IMG/VR virus record: IMGVR_UViG_3300020398_000005
Span: 1-64,000 of that record
DNA: 64,000 nt
Source of the DNA: an uncultured virus (IMG/VR IMGVR_UViG_3300020398_000005)
Taxonomy: Duplodnaviria > Heunggongvirae > Uroviricota > Caudoviricetes
Reading direction: 5' to 3' (one strand)
Made by a program: the position numbers and the translations under genes. The notes beneath the pieces are model-generated. The model ran no database searches. It worked only from the letters and a program-made list of their open reading frames with translations, and had not been told where the DNA came from. The stretch's first letter is position 1. Every line of letters begins with the position of its first letter. This document shows, one piece after another, positions 1 to 9,210 of this stretch.

Positions 1-80
1 TTCCTCACTACAGGCATCTTAATCGGGTCTGGTGATTTTAGCTTTTTCGGCCTTACCGGGCCTCTGAATCTAATTGGCAT
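1..80 (-). CDS. 5' part of a fourth 'MPIRF-module' gene (runs off the window edge)
   Basis: Manual translation from ATG at 80 (TAATG overlap with the stop of 80-1246) gives MPIRFRGPVRPKKLKSPDPIKMPVVR. Confidence 0.9.
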   Translation of the reverse strand, partial: MPIRFRGPVRPKKLKSPDPIKMPVVR

Positions 81-1246
81 TACTTTGTTACCTTCATTAT
101 TCTTCCAGTACTATCTTGAAACGGGATTAGGATTTCAGTTTTACTGAGCATGGTGATGTTGTACATCATGCCACTGCGTGCCTGTGTTCCTGTATATATT
201 TCAGTCGGTAAGGTATACCAACTGTCTTGGACATATTCGGTGCCATTCCAAGTATACTCAATAATACTGAAAGCGTTTGCGTTATCTTGTTCTTTACTAC
301 CGGTACACACCACAAACATGGTACCGCCTTGGCCGCGCACAGCAATAGGCCTATAAGAGTTGCCCGGCAATGGGTACGGGTTAGGTATGCGCTGAACTTC
401 CGTCATCGTTGCAGCTACGTCGTCATACTCAAACACAGATATAAAGGCATGGGCGCCAGAGTTTTCTGATGGACTTGCGATTGCCGTCACTAGCAGTCTA
501 TCTTGATCAACACCCATAGAGCCGCCGAATAGCAAATCATCGTTCGGAAACTGATACCCTATCAATGCCGTAGACGTATATGTAGACGAATCGACGAGCG
601 TATGGGTAATTGACTTGCGTGCAGATGGATCAGTTCTAAGCCTGTACCCGATCATGCCGCCGTAATCAGTACCTTGACGCCAATGAGGCGACGACGTTAT
701 TTGCAAGTCTTTGTAAACTACGCTCTGTCGTCCTTCTAGTCCAGCAGACGATGTAAGGTCCGCACACACTACACCAGCATCAGTTACTGTACCTGTAGTA
801 AAATCAAAACCGTATCTACGTGTTTGGCCAGAGTTACTAGAGAAAGTCGGGCGGCCAATATACACACAATCATATTCACGATCAAATACTGTCTGGCCTG
901 TTATGATATTAGACAACGCCAACGTGTCAGTTTGCTGCCATGCTGAGCCGTCCCATTTGTAAAAGTACACACTAGCCGCAACGTCACCGACGTGTAGCGC
1001 CATGACGTCGCCGTCTATGACTATACAGTCAGCGCCACGTGAGCCGTCGGCAGCAGCAGGCAGGCTAAAATACTCACTTATAGATGTCCACGGGTCTGAT
1101 ACTCTTGGCATCTCACCGTGTTCTTTATAGTATTGTACTTCGGTCTTAACTCTCGTAGACCTATTGTCGCGCACTAAAGGCATATTGATTGGATCTGGTG
1201 ATTTTAGTTTACGTGGCTTCACCGGGCCTCTGAATCTAATTGGCAT
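80..1246 (-). CDS. MPIRF N-module plus beta-propeller-like (FG-GAP-like) domain; putative virion surface protein
   Basis: 388 aa, shared ~47-aa N-terminus. Repeated segments such as VYFYKWDGSAWQQ, ISVFEYD and EYTWNGTEYVQ suggest propeller blades. Confidence 0.6.
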   Translation of the reverse strand: MPIRFRGPVKPRKLKSPDPINMPLVRDNRSTRVKTEVQYYKEHGEMPRVSDPWTSISEYFSLPAAADGSRGADCIVIDGDVMALHVGDVAASVYFYKWDGSAWQQTDTLALSNIITGQTVFDREYDCVYIGRPTFSSNSGQTRRYGFDFTTGTVTDAGVVCADLTSSAGLEGRQSVVYKDLQITSSPHWRQGTDYGGMIGYRLRTDPSARKSITHTLVDSSTYTSTALIGYQFPNDDLLFGGSMGVDQDRLLVTAIASPSENSGAHAFISVFEYDDVAATMTEVQRIPNPYPLPGNSYRPIAVRGQGGTMFVVCTGSKEQDNANAFSIIEYTWNGTEYVQDSWYTLPTEIYTGTQARSGMMYNITMLSKTEILIPFQDSTGRIMKVTK

Positions 1247-1248
1247 GG

Positions 1249-1836
1249 TTACTCCATTAATTCAAGCGATCGTATTCTAAACGCTGGGCCGCCGCCGCCA
1301 GTATGTTGGCCCCTAAATACAATAAGGTTCATATCAGTAACAGAAAAATCCATCTCGTATCTTGTCCAGCTACCCTTAACCGCAAGCGGCATATGAGTGT
1401 TATTATATGCATATGTATTTTGACCAGAAGTATTATTCCACGATATACGGAATAGTCCGGTTTTCGGGCTCGTGGTATTTGACCCCACGTCAAATACGCA
1501 TCGTATTGTTCCAGTAAAAGGCAAGGTTGTTGACCACTGTGCCTTAACAAAACTACTGGTCATAGAACAATACCATCGCTCGGTGACAGTATCTGTATTT
1601 CCGTCCAATGCGTAACTGCGGGTCATGTCTGTATTTTCATCGACGTATGTTCCGCTACCCAGGGTAGATCCGAATACCAAGTGAGCGGTATCACTAGGCA
1701 TCTCGCCGTTCTCTTTGTAATACTGTACTTCGGATTTAATCTTCGGTACTTTATCATTCCTTATGGCCGGAATATTGATCGGGTCTGGTGTTATTAGTTT
1801 TTTCGGCTTCACCGGGCCTCTGAATCTAATTGGCAT
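1249..1836 (-). CDS. MPIRF N-module plus putative carbohydrate-binding (discoidin/CBM-like) domain
   Basis: 195 aa. YALDGNTDT..W near the domain start and a terminal FRIRSLELME strand resemble galactose-binding-like beta-sandwiches. Confidence 0.5.
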   Translation of the reverse strand: MPIRFRGPVKPKKLITPDPINIPAIRNDKVPKIKSEVQYYKENGEMPSDTAHLVFGSTLGSGTYVDENTDMTRSYALDGNTDTVTERWYCSMTSSFVKAQWSTTLPFTGTIRCVFDVGSNTTSPKTGLFRISWNNTSGQNTYAYNNTHMPLAVKGSWTRYEMDFSVTDMNLIVFRGQHTGGGGPAFRIRSLELME

Positions 1837-1845
1837 ACGATATCC

Positions 1846-2637
1846 TTATGCGTTCGGGTCAGTTACGGTTAGCCTAAAGTTGCCAACACGGGTAGTACTG
1901 TTATTAGCCCCTAATCTAAGAGTAGGAGCGAAGGTACTATCATACGTCCACAATGTGGTTCCGACTTGCACTGCATTAACGAATACAGTCACTACATTAC
2001 CGGTTTTAGTAATCTTAAACGTCTGCGGGTAATCGAAGTTCCACCCGCCTCCACTAGTGGGGTCGAATTCCGCATCAAGTACACCAATTGTGTTACTCGC
2101 GTAATAGGTTCCAAACGGCGTAATCTGGTTCCAAAGTCGACCGTCGTTGTTTGTTTGCCACCACCAGTAAAATAGCGGCGCACACGACGTACCTTGATAG
2201 TTTTGGTCATCCAGAGCAACGAAAGCGGATATGTTTGCTCCGTACGCGGCACGATTACATTCTAATGTCAATGTAAAATCGTGGCCGGGAAGAATCGGAA
2301 ACGTTTTTATTTGATTATCGGATACCTTAGTTAGCTGCGTAAACGCCCAATCATCGCCGTGTTGTACAGACACGTAGGTACTGCCATAAGTCTTTTCAGC
2401 GGAGCGCAACTCATCTGTTAGGTAAAATGCACCCGACGGATCGAACGAGCCCGTCTCGTTGTTACTCGATATATCATAAACCACGGCAGGTTCAGTCGGT
2501 AGTGAGCCGTGCTCTTTGTAATACAATACTTCGGATTTAATTCTTGGCACTTTGTCGTTCCTCACTACAGGCATTTTGATTGGATCAGGTGATTTTAATT
2601 TACGTGGCCTCACCGGGCCTTTGAATCTAATTGGCAT
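1846..2637 (-). CDS. MPIRF N-module plus putative concanavalin/LamG-like domain
   Basis: 263 aa. DFTLTLE...FKITKTGNVVTVFVNAVQVG...LRLG pattern is typical of LamG/ConA folds. Confidence 0.55.
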   Translation of the reverse strand: MPIRFKGPVRPRKLKSPDPIKMPVVRNDKVPRIKSEVLYYKEHGSLPTEPAVVYDISSNNETGSFDPSGAFYLTDELRSAEKTYGSTYVSVQHGDDWAFTQLTKVSDNQIKTFPILPGHDFTLTLECNRAAYGANISAFVALDDQNYQGTSCAPLFYWWWQTNNDGRLWNQITPFGTYYASNTIGVLDAEFDPTSGGGWNFDYPQTFKITKTGNVVTVFVNAVQVGTTLWTYDSTFAPTLRLGANNSTTRVGNFRLTVTDPNA

Positions 2638-2654
2638 TCTTATCCCTTAAAAGA

Positions 2655-4649
2655 TTACATGTACGAAACGCTAATTATTGCCGAACCCACAGTTGAGCCG
2701 TTTGGCTTGTAAGCAGCAATAATAACCGAGTCTGTACCGTCTCCGTTGTCTAGCACCATGTCGGATTGTATCGAATATGTACCCTCGGTTGCTAAGTCAA
2801 GCAAGTCGTTATCCATAAGTCTGTCAGGGTCAGTGCTAGGCCCTAGTGTAAGTTCAGCACTGCCGTCGAATTCCGTCGTTACCGTGACAGTAATCAACGT
2901 TATTCTTGAACCAGGCGATACACTACCGATTATTAAGGTAGGTTGAGAGTCAAAATTCAACTCAACAGTCATCGTATCAGCATCAGTGCGTGCACTGTCT
3001 TCGTCTGCGGTTCTTACCCAGTCTTGTCCAGTCCACAAGTAGATAGCCCATTCGCTATTGCCGTCGTCTATCACATATGCTTGGTCACCAACAAGTGGAT
3101 TAAGTATGTCACGACTATTTACATCGGCTACCACAGTCATGCTCGAGCCGCCCGATCCGGAAGATATGACACGTAAGCCTTGCTCAACATACATCGCTTC
3201 GGCTTTTGCACCGTTTTCTACTGTATATAAGCCGGTGTCTTCTACCGGAGTACCAGAAACGTTTCGTGTACTAATAGGACCGGCGTCACTGCCTTCTACT
3301 TTGATTTGGACGTCACTAGTACCAGATGTGCTCAACGGCAAGCCAGTAGACGAGGCAGGGCCTGCGAAGTTATTACCGGAACCGTCGGACGCGATATTAG
3401 TGATGTTAATTGCGCCACCTGTGCGATCATATAACCGCAAAAGACCATTATTGTCTTCACCGTATATGTCAGCGTTGCCGGCCGCGTTCATATCTCTTTC
3501 GATGGCAGCAATCATATCATCCACGTTGGCCGCGGTAGTGCCAAATTGCGCGGTTCCGTTGGTAGTCAAGTCGAATGTGACCAACACTCCGTTTATTTCT
3601 GCCTGTGACGTGTTGCCTATTGCGCCCGTAACACCATAAGCCAAGTCGCCTACACTACCAGTTACACTAGTCGGAGGCGCCACAGAGCTCGCAAGAACGC
3701 CAGTCGTGCCCGTTACTGCGTTAATAGAACTGATGATATCGCTTGTATCACCTACACTAAAAGTAACTTCTACGCCGTTCACAGACATTTTATTACCCGC
3801 GGTAGTTGTCGGGTTTATTACGTCAGAAATGTGTTCGGTTACCGTTGCTTCTTTAGTCTTTATGTACATAATGTGGTCAGTAACATTGGTTGTTATCTTA
3901 CCAGCATTGTTTTCGTCAAGATAAAGAATAGACGCAACGTCCCCAGGAAGAGAGTCTAAATCATCAATTATGCGCTGTACAGGTGTTACGTAGAATCCGT
4001 CAGGTCCCGGGCCTAATGCACTAACACGACCAACGATATACGGATACTCAGGCGCGGATAAAACCCAACTATTAGTAGAGGGGTCTGCCGCGACTATATC
4101 GCCTATCTGGAACGAGTGCCCTTCCTGTGTCATCGGGTAATCGTACTCGAGGTTGATGTTCTGGAAGCGACTCATCAGGTTAGCAAAGAATATAGAACTA
4201 ATAGTCCCCGGCGTCAGGCCGTCTAGTAACGGTTCGCCTTCTTCGTTTAGTGTGAATATAAGAGCAGAACCAGCTTGCGGTGCACCTGATCCTTGTGCGC
4301 CAGGATCACGATACGTGTTATAACGATCAACATCCTCTAAGATAAAAGACAGTGTTGTTTCTGACTTGCTTACTATGCCTACTATCTTATGCGCAGTACC
4401 AGTTGACGTGTTTGCTAGCCAATCACCGATGGCTACATCATAACCATTATATTCGAATGGCTTGCGTGTTAAGTGGCTAGAGTGATTTGATTTAGTGACA
4501 GTGACATCTACTGTCCAGCGATAAAAGCGAGGGCTTGAGCCCCCGCTCCAATAAGGATCACCAGTGCCGTCGTCGTATATCCAACGTTCGTATCCCGAGA
4601 TATTAGATACTTCGGCACGGATGAGCTTTGAGGGTAAAGAAATGGCCAT
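2655..4649 (-). CDS. Putative virion structural protein
   Basis: ~664 aa, G/T/S/D-rich and beta-rich. Lies in the fibre cluster with TAAATA just upstream. Likely start ATG 4649. Confidence 0.6.
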   Translation of the reverse strand: MAISLPSKLIRAEVSNISGYERWIYDDGTGDPYWSGGSSPRFYRWTVDVTVTKSNHSSHLTRKPFEYNGYDVAIGDWLANTSTGTAHKIVGIVSKSETTLSFILEDVDRYNTYRDPGAQGSGAPQAGSALIFTLNEEGEPLLDGLTPGTISSIFFANLMSRFQNINLEYDYPMTQEGHSFQIGDIVAADPSTNSWVLSAPEYPYIVGRVSALGPGPDGFYVTPVQRIIDDLDSLPGDVASILYLDENNAGKITTNVTDHIMYIKTKEATVTEHISDVINPTTTAGNKMSVNGVEVTFSVGDTSDIISSINAVTGTTGVLASSVAPPTSVTGSVGDLAYGVTGAIGNTSQAEINGVLVTFDLTTNGTAQFGTTAANVDDMIAAIERDMNAAGNADIYGEDNNGLLRLYDRTGGAINITNIASDGSGNNFAGPASSTGLPLSTSGTSDVQIKVEGSDAGPISTRNVSGTPVEDTGLYTVENGAKAEAMYVEQGLRVISSGSGGSSMTVVADVNSRDILNPLVGDQAYVIDDGNSEWAIYLWTGQDWVRTADEDSARTDADTMTVELNFDSQPTLIIGSVSPGSRITLITVTVTTEFDGSAELTLGPSTDPDRLMDNDLLDLATEGTYSIQSDMVLDNGDGTDSVIIAAYKPNGSTVGSAIISVSYM

Positions 4650-4685
4650 TTCCAATAAATCCTTTTTCTATTATTTAATAGAAAA

Positions 4686-7097
4686 TTATCCTGGGATATG
4701 GAAAAGAACAAACACCCTCGCATAGTACGTCGGCAAACCATTAAGGTTATTTGCGCCCGTGTTAGCACGTGACATTGCCATTTGCCATTGCCCCACATTC
4801 TCTTGCGTAGTCTTAGGCAAGTCTGGATCAGTATAGCTTTTGCCGTTTGGATCAGTCATAAACAATTGTTGGTCGACAATCTCTGTCGTATCTATGATGT
4901 TCCATTTACCAGTAAACAAGTTCTGAGCATAAATCATACAAGCAACGGGTGGCAAGTTATAACCAGAGAATGTAAACCCTGTTAAGTTCTGCTCGTCTGC
5001 GGTGATATATTCAATTGCCACACCTGCAGAGTGCTGTGTTGCTGCCTGATCAAATGTGTCACCTGCTTGGTACTGGAATACAGCCCATTCATAACCGCCT
5101 GAGCCACTACCACCAGATCCAGCCGGTGCTGTTAGTGCGAACGTGCCTGCGCCTAAGTCAATCGAACCAGTAACGTTACCGCCTGATTGCGACAATGTAG
5201 GTAATGCTGTAATCTCAGACCACGCATGGGTGTGAGTACTTGGCGGGAACTCAGTTGGCACATCAGTCAAGTCGTTATAACTATATGTTGCTGATCCGCC
5301 TGTTGGTGTAGCCGCTACCCACTGTCCGCTCTGATACGTTAGTACATCACCTTCACTTCCTGTAGGGAAATCCGAAATGTCACTGAATGAGTGAGTGTGT
5401 GCACTAGGTGCAAACGTACTAGGTACATTTGACAGGTTACTATAATTACCATCAAACGGTGTGTATACTTCCCATGTTAGCACGCCGTAACGTATACTCT
5501 GCCCTTGTGACGGAGACAAGTCAAACAAGTTATAAAACTGTTCGAATCCCAGCTGTCCATTACCGTCTGTTACCATTACTTGGCCAGCACTGCCGTCAGC
5601 AGTCGGTAAGTTGAATCCGTCTATAGTGAACGATCCGGTAGTCAAGTCGCCGCCTAGTACAGGGTTGGTGTCGTCAGATACTGCCGTTAAGCCGTTAGCC
5701 GAAATCGTTGCCGCTACCCACTCAGTGCCATTATATCGAAGCACCTGACCTGATGTTGCTCCAGACACGTCTGTATCAGATAGCCCTGTAAGAGATGTTG
5801 CTGCGGTTTGTGGTGCTTGTGCTAACCACTGCGTGCCGTTCCACGTTAGTAGATCACCGCTTGTGCTACCTTGCGGGAAGCCTGTAATCTGACCAAATGT
5901 ATGGGTGTGAGCACTCGGTGTAAACGACGTCGGTCTATTCTGTATGGCTGACCATTCCGGATTAGCAGATGAGTCACTGACGTTTACTACTAGTGTTCCG
6001 TTTGCTAGGTTTAGTGTGCCTGAATCAATATTCTGCCCGGTAACTGGAATATCAGTCGGTTTGTTCTGTACCAGATTCCAGTACGTTTGTCCAGTTGTGT
6101 TAGCCTGTGCTACCCAGCCGCCTGTAGCAGAGTTCCATACTAGAATCTGTCCGTTAGACGTGCCTTGCGGAATTGTGCCTTGCGGGGCGTCTGATATAAC
6201 CCATGTAGACCCATCCCAGGTAAAGATCTGTCCAGGTGACGTGCCGACCGGCAAATTGCCATTACGAATCTTGTCAAACTTTAGTGAACCGTCCGAGTCT
6301 ACAACTAATATATCACCTGCACTACCAACAGCGTCGGGGAATAAGTAGCCACTGATCCCGACACGCCCTTGATCACCGCCTTCGAGCATCAAGTCATCAC
6401 TGCCGTCAGCACGTATGGTAGACGGGCCTGCACCAGTGTCGAATATAATGCCGCCTTCACCGGTAATGGCCTGTCCGTTAGTCTTTAATGGTGCGCTAAG
6501 TGTTGGATCAGGATCACCAAACAAGCTAAACGAGCCGCCTGTGCCGCCGCCACCGCTTCCGCCTGTGCCGCCTACTTGACCCACATATACGTAACCTTCG
6601 ACTGTCAGACCTGTACCGACGTTAGGTACATTGTTTACAAATTGCAGTACTCCAGATACGTAATCAAATACCCACTCAAAACCATTGTTAAGCGGGTTTA
6701 ACGAGTTAGCAGGGTCAACTGTATTGTCGCTATAAACTTTTAATAGATAATCAGACCCAAACGACGGCGGGATCCAATTTCTTACACGGTTAGCAGGGTC
6801 AGTAGTAGAGCCATTCGGATCTACTAGAGCAAGCCATGCTTTGTTACCAGGTACCGTGGGGTCGGGCACTAACGTCACCGCGTCTGCACCCGTACGAAGT
6901 TCTATTTGTGACGTAGTGATAAGAGGGGCAGTAGTTGGTATCACTGAAGCCTCGCTCCAAACGAAACGCGCATCTACTACTATCGGACTGGCTATCGTTT
7001 CGTTAGCAGCCGCCTTACCGCCTATATTGGTGTTCGAGACACCGAATATAAGCTTCTTCCACAAATAATCAACTTTTTGACTATCACTAATTGCCAT
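4686..7097 (-). CDS. Putative tail fibre / virion protein (MAIxDSQKVDxLWKKL family)
   Basis: 803 aa with GQ/D-x-L-x-W/Y-x-G-x-x-W repeats and PSAHTH fibre motifs. Confidence 0.7.
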   Translation of the reverse strand: MAISDSQKVDYLWKKLIFGVSNTNIGGKAAANETIASPIVVDARFVWSEASVIPTTAPLITTSQIELRTGADAVTLVPDPTVPGNKAWLALVDPNGSTTDPANRVRNWIPPSFGSDYLLKVYSDNTVDPANSLNPLNNGFEWVFDYVSGVLQFVNNVPNVGTGLTVEGYVYVGQVGGTGGSGGGGTGGSFSLFGDPDPTLSAPLKTNGQAITGEGGIIFDTGAGPSTIRADGSDDLMLEGGDQGRVGISGYLFPDAVGSAGDILVVDSDGSLKFDKIRNGNLPVGTSPGQIFTWDGSTWVISDAPQGTIPQGTSNGQILVWNSATGGWVAQANTTGQTYWNLVQNKPTDIPVTGQNIDSGTLNLANGTLVVNVSDSSANPEWSAIQNRPTSFTPSAHTHTFGQITGFPQGSTSGDLLTWNGTQWLAQAPQTAATSLTGLSDTDVSGATSGQVLRYNGTEWVAATISANGLTAVSDDTNPVLGGDLTTGSFTIDGFNLPTADGSAGQVMVTDGNGQLGFEQFYNLFDLSPSQGQSIRYGVLTWEVYTPFDGNYSNLSNVPSTFAPSAHTHSFSDISDFPTGSEGDVLTYQSGQWVAATPTGGSATYSYNDLTDVPTEFPPSTHTHAWSEITALPTLSQSGGNVTGSIDLGAGTFALTAPAGSGGSGSGGYEWAVFQYQAGDTFDQAATQHSAGVAIEYITADEQNLTGFTFSGYNLPPVACMIYAQNLFTGKWNIIDTTEIVDQQLFMTDPNGKSYTDPDLPKTTQENVGQWQMAMSRANTGANNLNGLPTYYARVFVLFHIPG

Positions 7098-7107
7098 GTC
7101 TTATCCT

Positions 7108-9198
7108 TTACTTGATCTCTATGCCCGTAATAGAATCATTTGCTTCCATACGGAAACGAACATAAATCTTGTTATCCGTTGCGTTCGTAGATGTCTCAGT
7201 ACCGAAAGTGGCTCTAAATGTACCGGATGATCCAGTTGCTACTGAACCCAATGCGCACCCCGCTGTGGGAACGCCAGCGCCGCCGTATAGTTGGAACATA
7301 TCCCACCATCCAGCAACTCCCGGTATCTGTACTTCAAGGCCACTGTATGTGCCTGTGACTTGAATATCAAATAACGATACTGCCGAGCGTCTAAACTCAA
7401 CTGTAAAATACTGCACAGCAGCCTTACTAGAGTAGTCAGGGCCAGCTGGTAGATAGCCACTTGTGTAATCAGTGTTGTCGTGGCGCATAACGCCGCCCAC
7501 TACCGTCGCCTCATCTGATGCTACTAACGTAGAAGAATCCCATGCAGAAAAATCACTAGTATTTACGCGATATCCATTTGTACTTGCGCCAGAAGGAATA
7601 CTGCCTAAACTAGACCTAACCGGTATATTAAGTTCCTTTACCGGTGATGTTGGGTTGCCACTCATTACTAGCACAGTCGAGCCAAAGCTACTTGAGCCGT
7701 CTTTATCTGGATTGTGTGCCGAAACACTAATTGTAGAAGAACGATGGTGATTGCCGGATATAGTAAGGGGCATGTCTGTGATTGAGCCACTTGCATAATT
7801 CACAACAAGCGGATCAGGTAAGCCATAGTCACCAGCGCCTGCTTGAGTAGAAGCTACCGAGCCTGAAATGGATCCTACGAATATGCCTTTTTGTAGATAT
7901 GTTTGTGTAGACAAGTTAGTGGCAGACGCACTGACAAGCAACACACTACCGGCGTCATAATGCGGTACACCACTACTAAGTGATGTATTGATAGTTGAGC
8001 CTTCCGTTACAGAAACACCACTCACAGTCACAGTGTCACCCACAGTGTCTACCAAGAAATCAGCAGTATTAGTCGTACCAGTTTCACTGTGCTCTAGCAC
8101 GGCGTTGTTTAGACCAAGTGTTGTTATATTGGCTATACGTGCGCTCAAGTCCTGGAAGAAGCCGGGTGTCTGTTGCGGGAAGTCATCGTTGGCCGTGATA
8201 GTAATAAAGCCATTCGCGCTTGTGCCAGTATCATCGCCGCCTGTTAACGGTATGCTGTCAATCGAGCTGCCGTTTAACGTCGCAGATAATACACCACTAT
8301 TACCGGATCCAAAGCTGGTAACGAGTGCGCTAGATGCACTATTCGTACTTCTATTAGCCGCAGGAGATCCAGCCGCTGGACCGCTGCCTGTATTATCGGT
8401 ATACCCGTCTGCGTAATAAAGCGCACCGTTAGGTCGAGTATTAGGAAACGACAGTGTCTTAGTAGACAGATCATCGGGCCCGTCTGGTAATAATAGACCC
8501 AATATCTCATTCAAGCTATCAACCGCATCTACTATTTTTGTATTCGTTGTCCATCCAGTAACAGCAGGGGACTTGCCACCAGTTACTCTAGGTGCATCAA
8601 AGTCACCATCAGCCGGAAGCTCAGTAAAGATAGGTGTGCCGCCTGTGCCGCCGCCAGACGATCCTGTGCCGCCTACCTCACCGATATATCGGTAGCCCTC
8701 TACTATAATACCAGTGCCTGCAGGCGGGATATTATTGATGAATTGTAACACACCAGAAGCATAGTCGAATACCCACTCATTATTGGCAGCTAATAAGTTA
8801 AGGGAATTACCAGGCGCCACTGTTTGATCACTATAGACTTTGACAAGATAGTCAGGTCCAAATGATGCCGGGATCCAGTTGCCAAGCCTGTTAGCGGGAT
8901 CAGCCGGGTCGCCGTTGACATCACTTACCGCAATCCAAGTCCTGTCATTAGCCACAGTAGGATCTGGTACAAACACCACAGCATTAGCGCCCGTCAGGAC
9001 TTCTATAACACTAGTATCACTCGCAGGTGGTGTCGCTGGTATAGATGCCGCTTCGCTCCAGACATTGCGTGAGTCTACTATAACCGGACTCGGTATAGTT
9101 TCGTTAGCCGCTTGCTTAGCGGTAGTAGATGTGGAAGATTGCCCGTATATTAGCTTCTTCCATAAAAAGTCTACTTTTTGTGAATCGTTAATAGCCAT
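7108..9198 (-). CDS. Virion structural protein (MAIxDSQKVDxLWKKL family), mosaic of its two neighbours
   Basis: N-terminal ~185 aa is paralogous to 4686-7097. The remainder is paralogous to 9211-11205. Confidence 0.7.
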   Translation of the reverse strand: MAINDSQKVDFLWKKLIYGQSSTSTTAKQAANETIPSPVIVDSRNVWSEAASIPATPPASDTSVIEVLTGANAVVFVPDPTVANDRTWIAVSDVNGDPADPANRLGNWIPASFGPDYLVKVYSDQTVAPGNSLNLLAANNEWVFDYASGVLQFINNIPPAGTGIIVEGYRYIGEVGGTGSSGGGTGGTPIFTELPADGDFDAPRVTGGKSPAVTGWTTNTKIVDAVDSLNEILGLLLPDGPDDLSTKTLSFPNTRPNGALYYADGYTDNTGSGPAAGSPAANRSTNSASSALVTSFGSGNSGVLSATLNGSSIDSIPLTGGDDTGTSANGFITITANDDFPQQTPGFFQDLSARIANITTLGLNNAVLEHSETGTTNTADFLVDTVGDTVTVSGVSVTEGSTINTSLSSGVPHYDAGSVLLVSASATNLSTQTYLQKGIFVGSISGSVASTQAGAGDYGLPDPLVVNYASGSITDMPLTISGNHHRSSTISVSAHNPDKDGSSSFGSTVLVMSGNPTSPVKELNIPVRSSLGSIPSGASTNGYRVNTSDFSAWDSSTLVASDEATVVGGVMRHDNTDYTSGYLPAGPDYSSKAAVQYFTVEFRRSAVSLFDIQVTGTYSGLEVQIPGVAGWWDMFQLYGGAGVPTAGCALGSVATGSSGTFRATFGTETSTNATDNKIYVRFRMEANDSITGIEIK

Positions 9199-9210
9199 TA
9201 TTCAAAATCC

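Noticed and set aside
1..2637. CRISPR-like or non-coding repeat array
   Set aside because: The repeats are in-frame coding N-termini separated by 0.45-1 kb of coding sequence.
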